A stretch of 54,085 nucleotides of DNA from an uncultured bacterium (GTDB taxonomy: Bacteria; Patescibacteriota; Minisyncoccia; Phycocordibacterales; UBA1006): NCBI GenBank assembly GCA_937868685.1, contig CALMMZ010000232.1, positions 1 to 54,085 of the forward strand, read 5' to 3'. Positions within the stretch are counted from its first letter, which is position 1; every line of letters begins with the position of its first letter. The position numbers and the translations under genes are program-made. This document shows, piece by piece, positions 34,237 to 41,463 of this stretch. Under the pieces are notes generated by a model. That model did not search any database. It saw nothing but the letters and a program-made list of their open reading frames with translations, and was not told the origin of the DNA.

Positions 34237-34268
34237 AAACAGCGTTGGTATTAGGAGCAGGTGGATAA
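34233..34268 (+). pseudogene. orphan 5' stub of an SDR (epimerase) gene: MKTALVLGAGG*
   Basis: The ATG overlaps the stop of the upstream ORF (ATGA). The 11 codons match the N-terminus of the functional gene at 34948 (KTALVCGAGG) and stop exactly within the GxxGxxG motif. Confidence 0.7.
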
Positions 34269-34289
34269 AGGTTTCAATTTTACTAAATA

Positions 34290-34309
34290 CTCCTGTGTAA
34301 CAACAGGAG
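34290..34309 (+). promoter_or_regulatory. hairpin sequestering the SD of the GIY-YIG gene
   Basis: CTCCTGT-gtaaca-ACAGGAG. The 3' arm contains the AGGAG SD, 7 nt before the ATG at 34316. Confidence 0.65.
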
Positions 34310-34315
34310 ATACAA

Positions 34316-34960
34316 ATGGAAAAAACCGGATTTATCTATATTTGGTATGATCGCAAACACAAAAAATACTATATCGGAAGTCATTTAGGGACAGAAGATG
34401 ATGGTTATGTTTGTTCATCTAGGTGGATGCGTCAATCTCACAAGCGCAGACCACAAGACTTTAAGAGAAGGATCCTTCAGAGAAATATCAGTAAAGAAGT
34501 GCTAAAAGAAGAAGAACATAAGTGGTTGAAGTTAATTAAAAATGATGAATTGGGTAAAAAATACTACAACTTAACCATTGCTTTGAACGGCAATGGTTGG
34601 GAAAAAGGAAAAGAACGATCTGAAAAAACAAAGAAGAAAGTTAGTGATGGTGTTAAACGTGCGTGGGAAGACGGTAGACTCAATAAAGAACTTTGTGGTA
34701 AAAAAGGAACTGTTCCCTGGAATAAAGGAAAAACTGGAATTTATTCTGAGGAAACTAAACAAAAACTTCGTGATGCAAGAAAGAAGCAAGTATTTTCTCT
34801 AGAAGCAATTGAAAAAAGAACATCTAAACTTCGGGGTAAGAAGCGAAGAAAAGAAGATATAGACAAGATGGTACAAACAAAAAAGGAACGCAGAGAAGCA
34901 GGACTTTATAAACCTGTGATTCCGTGGAACAAAGGATTGAAATTGAAATGTCAAAATTAA
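34316..34960 (+). CDS. GIY-YIG homing endonuclease with NUMOD3 repeats
   Basis: GFIYIWYDRKHKKYYIGSH gives GIY...YIG. PWNKGKTG and PWNKGLK are NUMOD3-like. Lys-rich. The 3' end overlaps the start of the epimerase gene by 13 nt. Confidence 0.9.
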   Translation: MEKTGFIYIWYDRKHKKYYIGSHLGTEDDGYVCSSRWMRQSHKRRPQDFKRRILQRNISKEVLKEEEHKWLKLIKNDELGKKYYNLTIALNGNGWEKGKERSEKTKKKVSDGVKRAWEDGRLNKELCGKKGTVPWNKGKTGIYSEETKQKLRDARKKQVFSLEAIEKRTSKLRGKKRRKEDIDKMVQTKKERREAGLYKPVIPWNKGLKLKCQN

Positions 34961-35973
34961 AGACCGCCCTGGTTTGTGGTGCTGGAGGATTTATAGGCAA
35001 CCACATGGTGAATAGGTTAGTCAAAGAAGGGTATTGGGTAAGAGCAGTAGACCTGAAGGAACCAGAATACTCAAAGACAAATGCAGATCATTTCATTATC
35101 AGAGATTTGCGTGATGCCAGAGAAGTAAGTGAGTTAATATCATATGCAGGTTGTCTAAGAAATCCTAACCAGTTATTTTCAAGAGAATTTGATAAGGGGT
35201 TTGATGAAATCTATCAATTTGCAGCAGATATGGGTGGTGCTGGATTTGTATTCACAAAAGAGCATGATGCAGAAATCATGCATAACTCTGCCACAATCAA
35301 TCTGAATGTCCTTGATGCATTGAGCAAAAGAAAAGATGGTCATAAGACTAAGATTTTCTATTCATCTTCTGCTTGCATCTATCCAGAATACAATCAATTG
35401 AATCCAGACAATCCAAAATGCGATGAAGCAAGTGCATATCCTGCAATGCCTGATAGTGAATATGGTTGGGAAAAACTCTTTAGTGAAAGACTATATGATG
35501 CATATCGTAGAAATTATCACCTTCAGACATATGTTGCTAGGTTTCATAATATCTATGGACCCTTGGGAACATGGCAAGGTGGTAGAGAAAAATCACCAGC
35601 AGCAATTTGCAGAAAAGTAATCAAGGCAACAGATCAAATTGAAGTATGGGGTGATGGTAAGCAAACTCGATCATTCCTGTATATCGATGATTGCATTGAT
35701 GCAGTTAGATTACTTATTAATTCCAATTTCAGAGGACCAGTAAATATTGGTTCAGAAGAAATGGTAACTATCAATGAATTGGTTAATACTGTCAAGTCCA
35801 TTGCAGGTAAGAATGATCTAAAGGTTGTTCATGTTGAAGGACCTCAGGGTGTCAGAGGAAGAAACTCTGACAACGAATTGATTGAAGCAAAGTTGGATTG
35901 GCATCCAAATGTATGTCTCTATGATGGTTTGAAAAGAACCTATAAGTGGATTGAGGAACAGGTTAATGGATAA
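34948..35973 (+). CDS. GDP-mannose 3,5-epimerase-like SDR
   Basis: GAGGFIGNH. SSSACIYPEYNQL, YGWEKL, RFHNIYGPLGTWQGGREKSPAAICRK, WGDGKQTRSF and GVRGRNSDNELI closely parallel plant and bacterial GME as I recall it. Confidence 0.8.
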   Translation: MSKLKTALVCGAGGFIGNHMVNRLVKEGYWVRAVDLKEPEYSKTNADHFIIRDLRDAREVSELISYAGCLRNPNQLFSREFDKGFDEIYQFAADMGGAGFVFTKEHDAEIMHNSATINLNVLDALSKRKDGHKTKIFYSSSACIYPEYNQLNPDNPKCDEASAYPAMPDSEYGWEKLFSERLYDAYRRNYHLQTYVARFHNIYGPLGTWQGGREKSPAAICRKVIKATDQIEVWGDGKQTRSFLYIDDCIDAVRLLINSNFRGPVNIGSEEMVTINELVNTVKSIAGKNDLKVVHVEGPQGVRGRNSDNELIEAKLDWHPNVCLYDGLKRTYKWIEEQVNG

Positions 35974-36178
35974 ACCAAATTTAGACACAATGTATAGTGC
36001 CTATTTGGATGGCACACTACAGGATTATTGTACCAAACATGATTTAGATTTTGTATTGGTAAATATGGTTATGAAACACTGGCCTACTGCATTGGCCCAT
36101 GGTATTATTCATGGTTGGCCAACAACCGAACAAGTTGAGGAGATTACAAAAAATGCATCCACCAAAAAAGAAGATTAA
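35966..36178 (+). CDS. hypothetical protein
   Basis: 70-aa ORF. The ATG is preceded by GAGGAA and overlaps the epimerase stop. Confidence 0.45.
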   Translation: MDKPNLDTMYSAYLDGTLQDYCTKHDLDFVLVNMVMKHWPTALAHGIIHGWPTTEQVEEITKNASTKKED

Positions 36179-36383
36179 ATGTGTGTTACATAATTGGTCT
36201 CCTTGGAGAAGAATACAGAATGGAGCAGGCACAGAAACTAGAATTTGCGAAGACTGCCACATAACAGAAACCAGACAATCTAAAATAAAGTATGATGCGG
36301 TTTACTTAGCAACCATGGAAGCAAGTAAAGAATTGGAAACATTGAGAGAAACTTTAGAGAAAAAAGATGAAACCATTACTTAA
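36153..36383 (+). CDS. hypothetical Cys/His-containing small protein
   Basis: 76 aa from the ATG behind GAGGAG. CVLHNW...ICEDCH is a possible zinc-ribbon-like pattern. Confidence 0.45.
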   Translation: MHPPKKKIKCVLHNWSPWRRIQNGAGTETRICEDCHITETRQSKIKYDAVYLATMEASKELETLRETLEKKDETIT

Positions 36384-37254
36384 ACTTGGGTTCACAGATA
36401 CATTTGGTGCCATTGAAGAATTCTTTACTGAAACACTTTCTACAGAATTTGAAATTGTAAGAGACGATGAAAATCCAGACTATCTCATTTTTGGAGATAG
36501 GAATTTTGGGGAGAACAATTTAAGGTATGACGAAACTAAGTGTATTAAGATTTTTTACACGGGAGAGAACCAGAGGCCTTACAATTATCGATGCCATTAC
36601 GCTATTAGCTTCGATCACGATGATAATGGCCGTAACTATAGGCTACCCCTTTATGTAATATATGATTGGGACAACAAGCGAAAGAAGGTAAACAATTCCA
36701 AGACCTTTGCTAGAACTTCCTACTCAATGAGCAAACATGAATTCGAGCAAAGAAAGTTTTGCTCATTTGTTGTCAAGAATGGTGGTTGTCAAAAGAGAAA
36801 TGACTTCTTCCATATGTTGAGTGAATATCAACCAGTCGATGCAGCAGGACCACTATTCAACAATGTTGGATACATACTAGAAGGTGGTGAAAGGGCAGTG
36901 CAGACAAAGTTGGAGTTTCTACCAAAATATCGGTTTAATCTCTGCTTTGAGAATTCATCCTATCCAGGTTACGCAACAGAAAAACTTTATGAAGCAATGA
37001 TGGGTAACACAATTCCTATCTATTGGGGAAGTCCAACTATTGAAATGGACTTCAACCCAGATGCATTCCTAAATTGGCATGACTATGGTAATGACGACGA
37101 TTTTATAGAAGCAATTAAAAGAGTAAATGAGGACTACTATCTCTACCAGGATATGTATTGTCAACCACTCTTTGGCAGAAAAAACAAATTTATGGACTTG
37201 AGTAAATTTGTAAGTTGGTTCATGCTAAACGTGTATAAGGGATCGGGATTATGA
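36367..37254 (+). CDS. GT10-family glycosyltransferase (alpha-1,3-fucosyltransferase-like)
   Basis: FCSFVVKNGGCQKRNDFF...PVDAAGPLFNN and RFNLCFENSSYPGYATEKLYEAMMGNTIPIYWG match the hallmark FucT motifs. Confidence 0.8.
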   Translation: MKPLLKLGFTDTFGAIEEFFTETLSTEFEIVRDDENPDYLIFGDRNFGENNLRYDETKCIKIFYTGENQRPYNYRCHYAISFDHDDNGRNYRLPLYVIYDWDNKRKKVNNSKTFARTSYSMSKHEFEQRKFCSFVVKNGGCQKRNDFFHMLSEYQPVDAAGPLFNNVGYILEGGERAVQTKLEFLPKYRFNLCFENSSYPGYATEKLYEAMMGNTIPIYWGSPTIEMDFNPDAFLNWHDYGNDDDFIEAIKRVNEDYYLYQDMYCQPLFGRKNKFMDLSKFVSWFMLNVYKGSGL

Positions 37255-37451
37255 GCACATTTATTTGGGTGCTTGTCACATGGACAGCATTTAGTTTCAT
37301 ATATGCTTTCTTCATAGCAGACAGAATTCCCGACGGTTTATTTTGGTTCATACTTGATTTTATCATTGCTGCACCAGCAATAATAATTATGATAGCATGT
37401 GTCGTATTATACGAAACTATAGATAACTTTTTTAATAGGAGAAAAAAATGA
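37251..37451 (+). CDS. small two-TM membrane protein
   Basis: 66 aa with two hydrophobic helices and a basic C-terminus (NRRKK). ATGA overlaps on both sides. Confidence 0.6.
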   Translation: MSTFIWVLVTWTAFSFIYAFFIADRIPDGLFWFILDFIIAAPAIIIMIACVVLYETIDNFFNRRKK

Positions 37452-37642
37452 AGTATCTAGTTATGGCAATTGCAACATTTGGTTTGGTTGCATGTAAGGA
37501 AGACAGTGGTGTTCACTTGGGAACATTCAAGGCAGACTGTGCAGCAAAACAAGGAACACTTGCTGAAGTTGCCGGTTCGCCAAACGAATATACCTGCACA
37601 CTACCAGACGGTTCAGTATTGAAGACAACTGAAAAGAAGTGA
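37448..37642 (+). CDS. small lipoprotein
   Basis: MKYLVMAIATFGLVAC is a signal peptide with a lipobox. 64 aa. Confidence 0.65.
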   Translation: MKYLVMAIATFGLVACKEDSGVHLGTFKADCAAKQGTLAEVAGSPNEYTCTLPDGSVLKTTEKK

Positions 37643-37643
37643 C

Positions 37644-38375
37644 ATGAATAAAGCATTGATCATTACACCTACTGGGTGTCCTTATTTTCTCGATGAAGAA
37701 TTTGATAAGGATAATCATTGGGTATTCAGAAAACCTGGAAGATCGTTTGAAACTTGTGCTGTGATCTTCAACGATTTTGAACCAGAACCTGGAACATATG
37801 ATATGGTCATTCACCATAAAGGTAGGAAATGGTCAATGCTTCCAGAAATTGCAAACAAAGTGAAATGGGAAAATTATGACTACATTGCTTATTTTGATGA
37901 TGATTATTGTACTGATATTCAGTCAATCGAGACGGCGTTAAGTATTGCAAGAAGACATGATATGGGATACTTTCAACAGAGCTTGACATCCTGGACGGTT
38001 TACCCTATACTAGAGCACAATCCCGATTTTGTATTTACGGAAACTAATTTTACGGAACTTGGAGTACCTTTCTTCCGGAATGATATATTCCGAAAGGTAC
38101 TCCGTTTCTTTACAGATTATAAACCAGGAAATGCGGAATGGGGAATGGATAAGGTGTTATGTTTCTATTTGCAGATGAACGCCCATATTATCCATGCAAG
38201 TAAAATCAAGCATATGAGACGTGAAAGTTCCTATGATAAAACAGAAGGTTTCCGAGAAATGGATTACCTGATGCGGGAATGGTTCCCAAAGTATATGAAA
38301 GACAAATTCAACCTAGATTATCAGTATGATGATCGACAGGTTGAATTTGCAGGTCTAAAGAAGGTTTCATCATGA
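37644..38375 (+). CDS. hypothetical protein, DUF707-like (possible glycosyltransferase)
   Basis: 243 aa. YDYIAYFDDDY acidic motif. The overall pattern recalls DUF707. Weak assignment. Confidence 0.4.
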   Translation: MNKALIITPTGCPYFLDEEFDKDNHWVFRKPGRSFETCAVIFNDFEPEPGTYDMVIHHKGRKWSMLPEIANKVKWENYDYIAYFDDDYCTDIQSIETALSIARRHDMGYFQQSLTSWTVYPILEHNPDFVFTETNFTELGVPFFRNDIFRKVLRFFTDYKPGNAEWGMDKVLCFYLQMNAHIIHASKIKHMRRESSYDKTEGFREMDYLMREWFPKYMKDKFNLDYQYDDRQVEFAGLKKVSS

Positions 38376-38632
38376 AATTAGAAGATATTACAAGAGTTAG
38401 TATTTTGGCACGATTACTAAACGAAGCAAAAATGCAGTTGGATACATTAAAGTCAAAAAAATTCAAAGAGACTATAATTGTAACAATGTATGAAGATGGT
38501 GCTAGAGATTTACCACCAGTCACCTTCAACATTCGTTTTGATGAAGCTTTACATAAATCATTGGTCAGATCAATGGAAGAAAGAATTGAAAGGTTGGAGA
38601 ATGACATAATTGATTGTGGAGTTGAACTATGA
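38372..38632 (+). CDS. hypothetical protein
   Basis: 86-aa ORF with overlapping start and stop codons shared with its neighbours. Confidence 0.5.
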   Translation: MKLEDITRVSILARLLNEAKMQLDTLKSKKFKETIIVTMYEDGARDLPPVTFNIRFDEALHKSLVRSMEERIERLENDIIDCGVEL

Positions 38633-38856
38633 CGCTATATTATCAGTGCAGACTTGAACAAAAGACAGATGAAGGTATCATCCACCAGGTTGCGTGGATT
38701 GAGGAAAAAGGCGCAAAGCACGGACTTAGAGTCCAATTGATTGGTGAGGAAGGTCTTTGGGAAGTGAAAACAGTATCTCAACCGGGTATGAATAAGGTTG
38801 ATATTCACAATCACAAGACAGCAAAGGGTCTTAAGTCAATCCATTTTTCGAGGTAA
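38629..38856 (+). CDS. hypothetical protein
   Basis: 75-aa ORF with an ATGA overlap with the upstream ORF. Confidence 0.5.
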   Translation: MTLYYQCRLEQKTDEGIIHQVAWIEEKGAKHGLRVQLIGEEGLWEVKTVSQPGMNKVDIHNHKTAKGLKSIHFSR

Positions 38857-38859
38857 ATT

Positions 38860-39225
38860 ATGACAGTTGCAGCATTTTTATATGATAACTACTATTGTTG
38901 GAGTCCCAAAAAGTCTTTCGCTGGTGTTTTTGCTGATGTGGACGAAGCAAAAGAATCACTTAGAGGTGGTAGATATGAAAAGCAAAATCTAGAGACTTTA
39001 AATTTGGATACATATGAGTTTTTGAGGTTTGTATGGAATCCTATTTATGAGAGGAAAGAAGAAGACGGAAAAGAATTCTTCAAACTGAGTTACAAAAACG
39101 GCGGTAATGCACCTGAACCAGAATGGATAGAAGCTGAATATTGGCCACCTAGTGCCAAAGATGGAAGATATAGTACAGAAACACAAGCAAAATATGATGC
39201 TGGATTTTGGAGTGGAAATGACTAA
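38860..39225 (+). CDS. hypothetical protein
   Basis: 121-aa ORF. Confidence 0.55.
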   Translation: MTVAAFLYDNYYCWSPKKSFAGVFADVDEAKESLRGGRYEKQNLETLNLDTYEFLRFVWNPIYERKEEDGKEFFKLSYKNGGNAPEPEWIEAEYWPPSAKDGRYSTETQAKYDAGFWSGND

Positions 39226-39432
39226 ACGAGTATTATTGACGGGTGGAGCAGGTGGAAAAATCCAGATTTTAGAAAAAATCAAATCGAAAAGAAAAAGTTA
39301 ATGTGGTCTACAGGAGAATTTATGGGTAATAAAGGAAAATCGTGGTTTACTGACGGAACAAAAAATATAATGTTAGCATCAAATGATGTAATTCCGAAAG
39401 GATTTTATAAAGGGAGAGTATTTCATGGTTAA
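39218..39432 (+). pseudogene. orphan SDR 5' stub (MTKRVLLTGGAGG...) plus decayed homing-endonuclease remnant
   Basis: A 27-codon ORF begins by overlapping the stop of the upstream ORF and copies the dehydratase N-terminus. The following 43-codon ORF ends NKGKSWFTDGTKNIML...IPKGFYKGR, a pattern typical of HEG C-terminal DNA-binding tails, and overlaps the dehydratase ATG. Confidence 0.55.
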
Positions 39433-40465
39433 GCGCTGTCTCCTGACAGGTGGAGCTGGGTTTATAGGCCACCACATTATTGATTTGTTCCTAGAAAAGA
39501 CCGATTGGGAGATTGTATCTCTTGATCGGTTGGACTATTCTGGAAACCTAAACAGGTTACACAGTGTTCTAGAGAAGTATCCTAAAGAAACACAACAAAG
39601 ACTTAAGGTGGTATGGCATGATCTAAAGGCGCCCATATCAGACCTAACCAAGAATTTCATTGGTGATCCAAATATTATCCTGCACCTTGCAGCATCCAGT
39701 CATGTTGATAGGTCTATCACTCACCCAATGGAATTTGTGATGGATAATACTGTGGGAACAGTAAACGTTCTAGATTTTGCAAGAGGTTTAAAGAACCTTG
39801 AACGTATGATCTATTTCAGCACAGATGAAATCTTTGGTATTGCACCTCCTGGTGTATCGTACAAGGAACGTGACAGATATAACTCAACCAACCCCTATTC
39901 TGCTTCCAAAGCAGCAGGTGAGGAATTCTGTGTTGCCTATGAAAATACCTATAAACTTCCAATCTTCATTACTCATTGCATGAATGTCTTTGGTGAACGT
40001 CAACACCCAGAGAAGTTCATTCCATTGTGTATTAGGAAGATTAGAGACTCAGAAAAGATTTTCATCCATAGTGATTCAACACGTACAATCCCTGGGTCAA
40101 GATTCTATATACATGCAAAGGATGTGGCAGATGCAATTCTGTTTATATTAACTCTATCACCTGAAAACTTGAAAACAATTTACACACCAGATTGGGGTGG
40201 TGCAAAATGCCCCAAGTTCAATATTGTTGGTAAGGAAGAAATCAATAACCTTGAATTGGTAAAGATGATCGCAAATGCACAAGGTAGAACACCTATCTGT
40301 GAAATGGTTGACTTCCATTCATCCAGACCTGGTCATGATTTGAGGTATGCACTTGATGGTGGGTATATGAAAAGTCTGGGTTGGGAACCAAGGTTTAGTC
40401 TTCAGGAAAGAATCAGTGAAGTGACTGAATGGTCACTTGCAAACAAAGAATGGATTGAAATATGA
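39425..40465 (+). CDS. rfbB: dTDP-glucose 4,6-dehydratase
   Basis: GGAGFIGHH. YSASKAAGE (YxxxK). HCMNVFGERQHPEKFIP. RPGHDLRYALD is characteristic of RfbB/RmlB. Confidence 0.85.
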   Translation: MVKRCLLTGGAGFIGHHIIDLFLEKTDWEIVSLDRLDYSGNLNRLHSVLEKYPKETQQRLKVVWHDLKAPISDLTKNFIGDPNIILHLAASSHVDRSITHPMEFVMDNTVGTVNVLDFARGLKNLERMIYFSTDEIFGIAPPGVSYKERDRYNSTNPYSASKAAGEEFCVAYENTYKLPIFITHCMNVFGERQHPEKFIPLCIRKIRDSEKIFIHSDSTRTIPGSRFYIHAKDVADAILFILTLSPENLKTIYTPDWGGAKCPKFNIVGKEEINNLELVKMIANAQGRTPICEMVDFHSSRPGHDLRYALDGGYMKSLGWEPRFSLQERISEVTEWSLANKEWIEI

Positions 40466-41199
40466 CCAATGATATGGAAACAATTGAGATAAACAAAAAA
40501 TATGGATCGGGAGCATATCCTTCCGATATTCTCAGACATGAATTTGATAACCTAACAAAAAGTTCTGATAAATGGGAACATTATTTTGGTATATACACTC
40601 ATTTCTACCACCAATTGAAAAGTCACCAAAGATGTGATATAAAGTCAGGGCAAGTTTTGGTTGAGGTAGGTGTTCAACAAGGTGGTTCATTGGAGTTATG
40701 GGGTAATGTTTGGCCTGGTCAAGTAATTGGTATTGACGTTGATCCAGAATGTCTAAAACTCAAGTATGATAATCCAAGTATCAGTGTTGAATTAGGCGAC
40801 CAGGGTTCACCACATTTCTGGGATGACTTCCTATCAAGGCATCCAAGGATTGATTTTTTCATTGACGATGGTGGACATAATATGGACCAACAGATTATCA
40901 CCTTTGAGAAAGTATTCCCAAAACTATCAGTTGGAGGCATATACATTTGTGAAGATTGCCATACTTCCTACATGCAATACAATGGTGGTGGATTGAATGT
41001 AAAGGGATCATTTATTTCCTATGCAAAATCCTACATTGATATTATCCATGCAGGATGGTGGGAAGAAATGAATGCAGACTTGGAACAAAGGAAGAAAATT
41101 GGGAAAGACTTGACTTCTGTCCATTTTTATGATAGTATAGTCGTGTTTGAAAAGTTTGGAAAAGCGGAAATGAAGCGAGTGACACCCAAAGGGAAATAA
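40462..41199 (+). CDS. CmcI-family (cephalosporin hydroxylase-like) methyltransferase
   Basis: VEVGVQQGGSLELWG, FIDDGGHNMDQQ and GGIYICED fit the CmcI / sugar O-methyltransferase family. Confidence 0.65.
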   Translation: MTNDMETIEINKKYGSGAYPSDILRHEFDNLTKSSDKWEHYFGIYTHFYHQLKSHQRCDIKSGQVLVEVGVQQGGSLELWGNVWPGQVIGIDVDPECLKLKYDNPSISVELGDQGSPHFWDDFLSRHPRIDFFIDDGGHNMDQQIITFEKVFPKLSVGGIYICEDCHTSYMQYNGGGLNVKGSFISYAKSYIDIIHAGWWEEMNADLEQRKKIGKDLTSVHFYDSIVVFEKFGKAEMKRVTPKGK

Positions 41200-41463
41200 A
41201 TGGCAAAGACCTGGTATTTTGCAGAATGTAAAAAATGCATGGAAGTTTGCCGAGTAATGGTAAATAATCCAAAATGCACCGCCGCTTATTTGGGAGATTA
41301 TAATAGACAAATAAGCAAGTGGTTGATTAAGCATTATGGTTGCGAACTGACACTAGGATGGCGTGATGACCACCTAGATGCATTGTGGCCACAAGGATAT
41401 GAAGTTAAAGATTTGTGGTTTGAGAAAACTGATGAGCAATTGGAAGATGATGAAGATGTTTGA
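41200..41463 (+). CDS. hypothetical Cys-rich protein with acidic tail
   Basis: 87-aa ORF directly abutting the upstream stop. Confidence 0.5.
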   Translation: MAKTWYFAECKKCMEVCRVMVNNPKCTAAYLGDYNRQISKWLIKHYGCELTLGWRDDHLDALWPQGYEVKDLWFEKTDEQLEDDEDV

